Shown in pieces: positions 39,047 through 47,344 of a DNA stretch of 64,000 nucleotides (within the stretch, counting starts at the first letter, position 1; every line of letters begins with the position of its first letter). The notes below the pieces were generated by a model. That model saw only the letters and a list, made by a program, of their open reading frames with translations. It was not told the origin of the DNA and searched no databases. The position numbers were made by a program, and so were the translations under genes. This DNA comes from Deltaproteobacteria bacterium. Lineage in GTDB: Bacteria > Myxococcota_A > UBA9160 > SMWR01. Location: positions 160,001-224,000 of the forward strand of contig JAQBHB010000047.1 of NCBI GenBank assembly GCA_032128115.1, written 5' to 3'.

Positions 39047-39133
39047 GGGGACGGGGTTGACTATTGCCTTTTTCTCGGGGGCGAGGGCCATGCCGATTTG
39101 GAGGCGAAAAAGGCAATAGTCAACCCCGTCCCC
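39047..39133. mobile_element. 87-bp palindromic MITE/REP-like element with perfect 28-bp terminal inverted repeats
   Basis: GGGGACGGGGTTGACTATTGCCTTTTTC (39047-39074) and its exact reverse complement (39106-39133) around a 31-nt spacer. Confidence 0.65.
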
Positions 39134-40256
39134 ACAGCGAGAGCTGGGGGTCGGGCGGGCGGCGGAAGGCCGTGGCGGACAACGTGAAGCCCTCGCCTCC
39201 GATGCGAGCGCGGCGACAGGCGACCTCGAACAGGGCGTGGGTCTGATCGGCAAACACGCCGCTGCCCCGGTGCCGCGAGTGGAAGCGCGGGTCGTTCAGC
39301 CGGCCCCCGCGCATGGCGCGGATGCGGTTGAGGACCTTGCGCTTGCGACCCGGCGCATGGCGCTCGAGCCAGCCCTCGAAGAGCGGACCCAGTCCGTGGG
39401 GAAGGCGCAGCATGATGTGACGGATCCGCCTCGCTCCCGCGCTTGCGGCGGCCTCGACGATGGCGGGAATCTCGTGATCGTTGAGCCCGGGAATCACGGG
39501 CGCGATCAGCACACCCACCGGAACGCCCGCGCGCGCGAGCGCCTCGACGGTGGCGAGCCGTCGCGCCGGTGTTGCCGCCCGGGGCTCCATCACCCGGGTC
39601 AGGTCGCGATCGAGGCTGGTGATCGAGACATAGACGGCAGCTGCGTCGTCGCGGGCGAGATCGGCCAGGATGTCGAGATCGCGCGTCACCAGGCCGCTCT
39701 TGGTGACGATCGCGGCCGGATTGCGAAACGCGGCGAAGACCTCCAGGCAGCGTCGCGTGAGCCCGAGCCGCACCTCGACGGGCTGGTAGGGATCGGTCAC
39801 GGCGCCCACGGCCACGGTCTGGGGCTTCCAGCGCGGTGAGGCGAGTACCTCGCGCAGCCGGGTGGGGGCGTCTTCGCGAACCAGGATGCGGGTCTCGAAA
39901 TCGAGGCCCGCCGACAGGCCCAGATACTCGTGGGTGGGCCGCGCGTAGCAGTAGATGCAGCCGTGCTCGCAGCCCCGGTACGGGTTGAGGCTCACATCGA
40001 AGGGGAGGTCGGGGCTGTCGTTGAAGCTCAGGATGCGCCGCGCCGGGTCGCGGAAGAAACGTGTATCGGGCTGCGCCGTCGCGTCGGCGCCCGGGTCCTG
40101 GCCGTCCGGGTCTTCCAGGTAGGCCAGCCGCTCGAATCGGTTCGTCGGGTTGTCGACGGCGCCCCGGCAACGGGGCGAGGACCGCTCGAATGGAGACGAG
40201 GCTCCGGAGATCGCCCCCCGCGGCTCGATGGATCGCTTGGCGGTTCGTGCGATCAC
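39120..40256 (-). CDS. PA0069-family radical SAM protein (SplB-like)
   Basis: LNPYRGCEHGCIYCYARPTHEYLG, TDPYQP, MEPRAA, APVIPGLND. Confidence 0.92.
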   Translation of the reverse strand: MIARTAKRSIEPRGAISGASSPFERSSPRCRGAVDNPTNRFERLAYLEDPDGQDPGADATAQPDTRFFRDPARRILSFNDSPDLPFDVSLNPYRGCEHGCIYCYARPTHEYLGLSAGLDFETRILVREDAPTRLREVLASPRWKPQTVAVGAVTDPYQPVEVRLGLTRRCLEVFAAFRNPAAIVTKSGLVTRDLDILADLARDDAAAVYVSITSLDRDLTRVMEPRAATPARRLATVEALARAGVPVGVLIAPVIPGLNDHEIPAIVEAAASAGARRIRHIMLRLPHGLGPLFEGWLERHAPGRKRKVLNRIRAMRGGRLNDPRFHSRHRGSGVFADQTHALFEVACRRARIGGEGFTLSATAFRRPPDPQLSLWGRG

Positions 40257-40262
40257 GGGTGG

Positions 40263-40295
40263 CGAAAGTAGACCGAAAGTCGACCGACTGTCAAT
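40263..40295 (-). promoter_or_regulatory. Sigma70-type leaderless promoter overlapped by 11-bp direct repeats
   Basis: TTGACA (40289-40294), 18 nt, TACTTT (40265-40270), 8 nt, GTG; plus-strand repeats CGAAAGTAGAC/CGAAAGTCGAC/CGACTGTCAAT. Confidence 0.65.
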
Positions 40296-41949
40296 CCCTG
40301 GCGTCCGAGGCCCCTACCTCCTGCAGGAGCGGGAATCGCACCCTGTAGAAGTGGTCGACATTGGCGGCAGCGAGCTTCGCGCGGGCCGGATCCACGTCGC
40401 GACCCAGCAGGCGCTCGCGCTCCACCTCCATGGCCTCGGGAAACACCCTCAGGACCGCGTCGGCGATCTCCAGGTGGGGCTCGCGGGGCGATGCGTAATC
40501 CTTTGCCCGGGCCACCAGGCTCTCGTCCTGGTGCATCATCGCGAACAGCAGGATCATGGCCAGCTGCAGGGTGAGATCCCGCGACTCGTCGTAGTCCACC
40601 CGGGGCGAGGTCAGGAAATCCTCTACGCCCGCTCGCCCCAGGAGTTCGTCCTCTACGATCCGGTCGAACACCGTCTCGGCCACGATCAGGTTGCCTTCGC
40701 GGGTGGGGTGCACGTAGTCGAGGAAGAGTTCGAAGCCCGGGGCGTAGGGTGCGCTGGCCGTGGCGAAGGCGGCCTCGGCGTCGGCCAGGTACGCACCTGG
40801 GTATCGGGCGGCGATTTCGCGGAGGCTCGCGTTGAAGTCCGGGATGGCGCGAAACGGGTTGTAGTCGAGGTAGCGGGCCCGCTCGTAGTGCGGGAGGGCG
40901 CCGGTCGGGTCTCCGGCCTGCTCCAGCGCCCGCGCCAGCAGGAAGTGGGTCTCCGCGTGCCCGGGATCCGTTGCCAGGGCCTCCCGAAAGCGTTGAATGG
41001 CGAGCTGGGGGTCACCGCGCAGCAACGCGACCTGTCCCGCGTCATAGCGGATCTTCCACGCCACCCGGTCCTTCCCGGACAGGGCGTTCTGCGACACGTT
41101 GGGATGCCAGTCGCGCAGGTTCACGGGCACGCTCACGAGAACCACGGGAACGCCGGATTCCGCCGCGCGCTCCACCATGGACTCGATGCTGAGCCGGTAG
41201 TGGTTCTTCACCTGGGCGAACTGCTCCGGATCCGTGCGCAGGGCGAGAGCCACCTGCCTGATCTTGCTCCAGACCGAATAGGCCGTGTGCTGGCGCTGCT
41301 CGCCGGAAAGTGCGTTGTCGGGAAACAGGCGGGGCCCCAGCCAGGCCCGGGCCACCCGGAACATCGCGAGGCGGTTCGCTACGTCGAGCAGCGGTTCCAG
41401 CGTCTCGCGGGTGGGCAGGTAGGTTCGCTTCTCGAGGAACTCGTTGTTTCCGCTCCACAACACGATCAGGTCGGGATCCAGCTCGATCACCTGGTCGAAG
41501 ATCAGGCGCACCCGGTAGGCCGCGTACGCGTGGGCACTGGCGTTGATGACCTGGATCCGCTTGTCGGGAAACGCGCGCTGGAGGCCCTGCTCCAGGTAGG
41601 CGCTGTAGATTTCGCGCGGTGGATGCGGCCAGCCTGCGCTCGCCGAGCCCCCGAGGCAGAAGACCCGCAGGGTATCCGGTGGCTTCTCGGCGTCGAAGAC
41701 GACGCCGCGACGCGAGTACACCTCGTCATGGGCGATCCGGTAGTGAGGCCTTCCGTCGATTTCCGTTCGCTCGAAGAATCTGGGGATGTCCACCAGGGTG
41801 AGCTTGGGGTCGGGCGCGGCGCCGGACGACAGGGCCACACGGGCGAAACCCTCGCAGCTGGCGATGATCGCCAGCGGCACCGCCAGCGTGATGAGCCAGA
41901 GGAGCGCGCGCGGCGTGTTTGCCGACGGGTCGTTGGGTCCGTCCGCCAC
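40291..41949 (-). CDS. Membrane-anchored SGNH/GDSL hydrolase-like protein with TPR insert
   Basis: N-terminal TM, LGGSAS, SGNNEF, DYVHP, TPR-like DPGHAETHFLLARALE. Confidence 0.75.
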   Translation of the reverse strand: MADGPNDPSANTPRALLWLITLAVPLAIIASCEGFARVALSSGAAPDPKLTLVDIPRFFERTEIDGRPHYRIAHDEVYSRRGVVFDAEKPPDTLRVFCLGGSASAGWPHPPREIYSAYLEQGLQRAFPDKRIQVINASAHAYAAYRVRLIFDQVIELDPDLIVLWSGNNEFLEKRTYLPTRETLEPLLDVANRLAMFRVARAWLGPRLFPDNALSGEQRQHTAYSVWSKIRQVALALRTDPEQFAQVKNHYRLSIESMVERAAESGVPVVLVSVPVNLRDWHPNVSQNALSGKDRVAWKIRYDAGQVALLRGDPQLAIQRFREALATDPGHAETHFLLARALEQAGDPTGALPHYERARYLDYNPFRAIPDFNASLREIAARYPGAYLADAEAAFATASAPYAPGFELFLDYVHPTREGNLIVAETVFDRIVEDELLGRAGVEDFLTSPRVDYDESRDLTLQLAMILLFAMMHQDESLVARAKDYASPREPHLEIADAVLRVFPEAMEVERERLLGRDVDPARAKLAAANVDHFYRVRFPLLQEVGASDARD

Positions 41950-42094
41950 GGTCAGTCGACAGCAAGCCAGGAGAGAGCGGCAGCGGCGCCCTGGGTCGGG
42001 ATTGCCAGGGTCGCCATCACCGGGCGGGGCAGGAGCTTCATGGCCTCACGTCATACACGCCCGGGCGCCCCGACGGCAAGCGGGTCGCGCGGCT

Positions 42095-44689
42095 TCAGGT
42101 GTGGTGGGCGAGGCCCTCGGCCAGACTCTCGGCGGCCCGGCGCCGGAAGCCCTTGTACCAGTCGAATCGCTCCAGGGCCTGTCGCAGGGCGCGGTCGCCG
42201 CTTGGAACCGGGTGGGCCTTGAAGAATTCCGCAACTTCCTTGCGGTAGCGCGGATCCAGCAATGAGGGCGTCGCCTCGATCAGGCGGTTCGCCAGCAGCG
42301 ACGGCAGGCGCGGGCGCAGCTCGGACCAGCGTTTCTGGATGAATTCCCAGGTGGCGATGCGCGCCGCCGGGTTGGCCAGCAGCCGCACCAGCACGAAGAT
42401 CACGTCCTGGGTGGGAACGCGGTCGCCGAGCGTCATTTCCAGGGTCCGGTCGATGTGCTCGCGCTCGCGGAAGTCCGCCAGGGCCAGCAGGAAGCGGCGT
42501 TGCTCCTGGGGCGAGCCCGCCCGGGTCAGCTCGGATTCCAGGCGGCGTCGGCGCTTGCTGCCCCCGGCGCGCGCGCCCAATGTCACCACGGCGTCGGCCA
42601 GGTTTGCCTCCAGCGACTGGCGGTCGTCCAGATAGCGATCGCAGCGCTCCGCCGCTTCCTGCACCAGGGGCTCGAAGTCCGCCACTCGACCCACCAGCCC
42701 CAGCAGGGCTGCGCGGCGCAGCCGGAGCTCGTCCGCCTCGTCCGGCGCAGGATCCCAGCCCAGCTCGCGGAACCCGGGGGCGAATTGTCGGGAGATCCAG
42801 TCGCGGAAGGCAGCGGCGCTCTCAGGCGAGGCGTCGGGAATCAGGGAGTGGGCCACGAAGCCCAGAGGGCGAGCCAGCGCCGACAGCACGTCCGGGTCCG
42901 TCTCGGCCGACAGGGCCTCGCCCAGATCGAGCAACACGTCCAGGGAGCGGCGTCCGGACCGCACCAGGGCCCACTCGTGATCCACGAGTCCCATGCGCTC
43001 GACCGCGGGCAGGCAGGGGAGGGCGCCCAACAGGGCCGCAAGGTCGGCCTCGTCGTGCAGGGGGCGGAAGAAGCCACCCTCCTCGGCGTTGCCGTAGACG
43101 AAGCGCGGGGAGATTCGACCCAGCGGAATGCGTTCGCGTGTGTGCGTCAGCAGCTGGCGTGCAAGACGTCCGCGACGCGATCGGCCTTCGAAGACGCGCG
43201 CGACCCACGGCACGGGCCAACGTTCGGTGGCGCCGCGGGCGCGTGTCGGGCGCAGCCGGAAGCGCTCCTGGTGCAGCCGCAGCTCGTGTCGCCCGTTCAC
43301 CAGCGTCCGGCGGATGGCCACGATCGGATAGCCGGGCCTTTCGATCCAGGCCCTAGCAACGGGTTCCACCTCCTGGCCCGAGGCTTCCGAGAGCGCCTGC
43401 CACAGGTCGGCCGCTCTGGTGTTCGACTCCCGGTGCTTGCGGATGTAGGCACGCACGCCCTTGCGGAACTTCGACGCTCCCAGGAAACGCTCCAGCATGC
43501 GCACCACCGAGGCGCCCTTCTCGTATGTGATCAGGTCGAAGTTCTGGTTGGCGTCTGCGGGCGAGTCCACCTTGCAGTAGATGGGGTGTGTGTGCGCGAG
43601 CGCATCCAGTTCAAGCGCGGCGGCGCGCCCGTGCTGGAAGTCGTGCCACATGTGCCACTCGGGCTTCCACTGATCGACGATGTGGAAGGCCATCCAGGTG
43701 GCGAAGGCTTCGTTGAGCCACAGGTCATCCCACCAGGCCATGGTGACCAGATCGCCATACCACATGTGCGCGAGCTCATGGCAGATCACCTCGGCCGCGC
43801 GTTTCTTCTCGGCCAGGGTCACGGTGGCCGGATCCACCAGCAGCAGGGTCTCGCGAAAGAAGACCGCGCCGGCGTTCTCCATGGCGCCGAACTCGAAATC
43901 CGGAACCGCCACCAGGTCGAGCTTCTCGTACGGGTAGGGCATGCCGAAGTAGCGCTCCAGGCGCGTCAGGCACTCGCGGGCGGCTTCCAGCCCGAAGCCC
44001 GTGAGTTCGGTCTTGCCCGGGGTGTGCCAGACACGGATCTCCGTGTCGCCCACGTGGGTGGGCTCCGAGGCCTCGAGCCGCCCCACGGCCAGGGCCACCA
44101 GGTAGGTGGAGAGCGGCGGCGTCTCGGCGAAGTGGATCGTGACCTTGCCGTCGCGCAGGCGCTCCACGTTCTCCACCGGGGCATTCGAGAGCGCGGTATT
44201 GCCCGTCCCGGTGGTCACCGAGATCTGGAAACGCGACTTGGCCGACGGCTCGTCGAAGCACGGAAAGAATTTGCGTGCGTCGGTAGCTTCGAGCTGGGTG
44301 AAGGCGTACCGCTCCTTTCCCACCTCGACCCCGTAGAACCCACACAGGTCGCGGCGCAGCGCGCCGGCGAAGGACAGGTGCAGGGTGGCCGGGCCCTTGG
44401 CGACCGACTCGTCGAAACGCACTTCGATCATCTCGTCGGCGGACAGCGCGTCGATCCGACCGCGCTGGCTGTCCCCCCCGGATTCCATGCGCGCACGGGA
44501 CACGCGCAGGTCCACTGCGTGGAGCACGACACTGCGGGTGGCACGCGCCAGGTCGAGCTCGATGGCCACGTCGCCGCGAAAATCAGGGCCGGCCTGGGGA
44601 TCGACTTCGACGCGAAGGCGGACCCGCCGCGGGATCACCCCCGCCGCAAGCCGGCGGCATTTCGCGCGTTTCGAGCGTTGCGGAGCCAA
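42095..44689 (-). CDS. pepN: M1 family aminopeptidase
   Basis: GAMEN, HELAH-x18-E (WLNE), FDLITYEKG, ERAP1-like helical C-terminus. Confidence 0.93.
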   Translation of the reverse strand: MAPQRSKRAKCRRLAAGVIPRRVRLRVEVDPQAGPDFRGDVAIELDLARATRSVVLHAVDLRVSRARMESGGDSQRGRIDALSADEMIEVRFDESVAKGPATLHLSFAGALRRDLCGFYGVEVGKERYAFTQLEATDARKFFPCFDEPSAKSRFQISVTTGTGNTALSNAPVENVERLRDGKVTIHFAETPPLSTYLVALAVGRLEASEPTHVGDTEIRVWHTPGKTELTGFGLEAARECLTRLERYFGMPYPYEKLDLVAVPDFEFGAMENAGAVFFRETLLLVDPATVTLAEKKRAAEVICHELAHMWYGDLVTMAWWDDLWLNEAFATWMAFHIVDQWKPEWHMWHDFQHGRAAALELDALAHTHPIYCKVDSPADANQNFDLITYEKGASVVRMLERFLGASKFRKGVRAYIRKHRESNTRAADLWQALSEASGQEVEPVARAWIERPGYPIVAIRRTLVNGRHELRLHQERFRLRPTRARGATERWPVPWVARVFEGRSRRGRLARQLLTHTRERIPLGRISPRFVYGNAEEGGFFRPLHDEADLAALLGALPCLPAVERMGLVDHEWALVRSGRRSLDVLLDLGEALSAETDPDVLSALARPLGFVAHSLIPDASPESAAAFRDWISRQFAPGFRELGWDPAPDEADELRLRRAALLGLVGRVADFEPLVQEAAERCDRYLDDRQSLEANLADAVVTLGARAGGSKRRRRLESELTRAGSPQEQRRFLLALADFREREHIDRTLEMTLGDRVPTQDVIFVLVRLLANPAARIATWEFIQKRWSELRPRLPSLLANRLIEATPSLLDPRYRKEVAEFFKAHPVPSGDRALRQALERFDWYKGFRRRAAESLAEGLAHHT

Positions 44690-44703
44690 GCGCCGGGTGT
44701 TTC

Positions 44704-45717
44704 CTAGCTCGCAGATTCCGCCGGGGGCGGGTAGTGGATGTACTCGTCGATCAGGGTCACTGCCAGCTGCGTCGCTTCGGGAATCTCGGTGCCGATGCGG
44801 TCGCGCCGCCGGAGGTCGGACACCAGCATGTCGAGTGCCCGCTTGCGGTCCAGATCGTCGCGGTGTTCGCCCACGATCCGGCGCTCGGCCTCATCGGCGA
44901 AGCAGTAGGCCTTCCAGGAGACGGAGAAGCGCAGATCGTCCCATTTCAACTCGGCGATGGTTTCGTCCTGGCTGCCCACGACCCACACGCCGTCGCCCCG
45001 ATAGCCGAGCTGCATGCCGGGCTTCAGGTCGGGCAGGCCCACGCGGGCTTCGGACACGCGGTCCACACCGTGGAATATGCTGTCCGTGTCCAGCAGGATG
45101 GCGCTGTTGTGGTGGACGGGCAGGGCGACCGGCGGACTCTCGGGGCCATCGGGATAGAACGCGAACTCGCCGCCTTTCGGGTTGCCGAACCAGGAAACCC
45201 CGGTGGCGATGGGCATGCGCCAGGCGTCGAACAGTCCCGAGTGGTGCATGGCCACCAGCAGCCACTGGGGATCCTTCTTGCGATTCATCCCGCGAAACTC
45301 GGGCACGTCCGTATGGATCGCCAGCTCCTGGCCGGGAATCAGGATGTTTGCATATACGATGTTGGGCTCGATGATCCGGCGGCCGTAGAGCCGGCGCGCC
45401 GCTTCGATGAAGCCGTCGTGGTGGAGGAAGTGCTCGATCCCGGCTACCACCGGCTCGTCGTAGGCGTAGGTCTCGCGGAAGTAGTTGGTGCGGGCGATGA
45501 GCCTCTCCACCGCTTCGCTGCGGCCGAAGCGGCCCCCGGTCTTCACGAAGTTGATGGCCGCGTCATAGCGTTGGGGCAGGTCATCGGCGAAGCCGTTCTG
45601 GATCGACTCCTCGTCGTACGTGCCGTAGCGGCTGAAGCGTTCGGCTAGCCGGAGCATGGAGTTGGCCTGTTTGGCGCTGAGCAGGGGATCGAAACGCTCG
45701 TAGGAGAGGTGGGCCAT
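44704..45717 (-). CDS. Putative 2OG-Fe(II) oxygenase-like protein
   Basis: HTD (HxD), GGEF, FHGVDRV, distal RFSVSWK; start ATG 45717 with GGAGG SD. Confidence 0.55.
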   Translation of the reverse strand: MAHLSYERFDPLLSAKQANSMLRLAERFSRYGTYDEESIQNGFADDLPQRYDAAINFVKTGGRFGRSEAVERLIARTNYFRETYAYDEPVVAGIEHFLHHDGFIEAARRLYGRRIIEPNIVYANILIPGQELAIHTDVPEFRGMNRKKDPQWLLVAMHHSGLFDAWRMPIATGVSWFGNPKGGEFAFYPDGPESPPVALPVHHNSAILLDTDSIFHGVDRVSEARVGLPDLKPGMQLGYRGDGVWVVGSQDETIAELKWDDLRFSVSWKAYCFADEAERRIVGEHRDDLDRKRALDMLVSDLRRRDRIGTEIPEATQLAVTLIDEYIHYPPPAESAS

Positions 45718-45869
45718 GGCGCCTCCGGGCTGACGCGGCATCGTACCACGTCGCACCGGGGGCATCCCCATGGGTGGCGCTGTATGCTCCGCGCCGCCGG
45801 GTCTCGGCAGCCCCCCACGTTGCATGCGGCGCCACCCCTGCGCCGCCGGATGTCGGGGGGGGGGGCGAC

Positions 45870-47207
45870 ATGGCCAGCACCAAGAGGGAGCACTGGTCGA
45901 GCCGCACGGGCTTCCTGATGGCGGCGGTGGGCTCGGCCGTGGGCCTCGGGAACATGTGGCGCTTCTCGTATCTCACCGCCGAGAACGGGGGCGCCGCGTT
46001 CGTGGTGGTTTATGTGGCCATCACGCTGCTGGTGGGCCTGCCCGTCCTGTTGGCCGAGCTGGTGGTGGGCCGCGGGGCCCAGCGAAGCGCCATCCGCGCC
46101 CTGGTGCACTACGGCGGCAACGCCTGGAAGCCGCTGGGCCTCCTGTTCGTGGCCGCGGGCTTCCTGATCCTGGCCTACTACAGCGTGATCGCGGGCTGGA
46201 CCCTGCGATATGCCGGGTCGGCGCTCCTGGGGGGCTTCGAGGGAGATGCCGGCGCCCGCTTCGGCGACGTGGCCAGCGGTTGGGACGCCTTCGGCTTCCA
46301 TCTGCTCTTCATGGCGGGAACCGTCGCCATCGTGGGTCGGGGGATTCGCGGGGGAATCGAGCGCATGGCGTTGTTGCTCATGCCGGCTCTGTTCGTGCTG
46401 GTGTGCGGGCTCGCCATCTACGCATCCACCCTGGAGGGATCGGGCGCCGGCTACCGGTACTACCTGAAGATGGATTTCAGCCAGGTCCTCTCGCCCGTGG
46501 TCCTGACCCAGGCCGCGGGACAGGCGTTCTTCAGCCTCAGTCTCGGAATGGGCGCCATGCTCACATTCGCCAGCTACCTGGGACGCGACCACCACCTGCC
46601 CAACGAGTCGGTGATCATTGCGTTTTCCGATCTGGCCATCGCGTTCATCGCGGGGTTGGTGGTCTTCCCCATGATCTATGCGCTGGGACTCGCAACGGCG
46701 GTGAGCGAGAGCACGGTGGGTGCGCTTTTCATCACCCTGCCGCGGGCCTTTGCCGAGATGGGCGCGATGGGATCCTTCGTGGGTTTCCTGTTCTTCGCGA
46801 CGCTGGTGGTGGGAGCGCTCACCTCGGCGGTGTCGCTGCTGGAGGTGGTGGTCTCCGGCGCCGTCGATGGCCTGGGGTGGAGCCGGCCGAGGGCCGCTGT
46901 GGTGATGGGCGTGGCAATCGCCGTGTTCGGTGCGCCCGCCGCCTGGAGCACCGACGTGCTGGGTGTGATGGACGCCATCGCCAACAACCTGATGCTGCTC
47001 ACCGGGGGGCTGCTGCTGGCGGTATTCGTGGGTTGGTTCATGGAAGACCCGGTTTCCGAGGCGCGAATCGGCGCCGAGGGCGTCAACTGGTTCTTCCTGT
47101 GGCGCGCCCTGCTGCGCTTCGTGGCGCCGGCGGTGCTGCTCTACGTGCTGTGGGAAGCCATTCCGGGGACGTTCGCGAGCATCCGGGCGCTCTGGGCGGG
47201 CGGTTGA
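45870..47207 (+). CDS. Sodium-dependent transporter (NSS/SNF family)
   Basis: REHWSSR.GF...GSAVGLGNMWRF, ENGGAAF, QAFFSLSLG; start ATG 45870. Confidence 0.95.
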   Translation: MASTKREHWSSRTGFLMAAVGSAVGLGNMWRFSYLTAENGGAAFVVVYVAITLLVGLPVLLAELVVGRGAQRSAIRALVHYGGNAWKPLGLLFVAAGFLILAYYSVIAGWTLRYAGSALLGGFEGDAGARFGDVASGWDAFGFHLLFMAGTVAIVGRGIRGGIERMALLLMPALFVLVCGLAIYASTLEGSGAGYRYYLKMDFSQVLSPVVLTQAAGQAFFSLSLGMGAMLTFASYLGRDHHLPNESVIIAFSDLAIAFIAGLVVFPMIYALGLATAVSESTVGALFITLPRAFAEMGAMGSFVGFLFFATLVVGALTSAVSLLEVVVSGAVDGLGWSRPRAAVVMGVAIAVFGAPAAWSTDVLGVMDAIANNLMLLTGGLLLAVFVGWFMEDPVSEARIGAEGVNWFFLWRALLRFVAPAVLLYVLWEAIPGTFASIRALWAGG

Positions 47208-47344
47208 CACGGGTGTAGATGTGGCACTCTTCAGTAATTCGCGGCGATTCATGCACGATCTCCTGCTCGCACCAACCCGGATCTGGAATCCAACTCGCAG
47301 GGCGGGGGCTGTGCTCGGCGCCGCGAATGCGTCAATGCGCAGTT

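Noticed and set aside
38996..39253. N-terminal extension of the SDR through the palindromic element
   Set aside because: The SDR fold begins at MQDLKGK (38995); the extension is translated repeat sequence.
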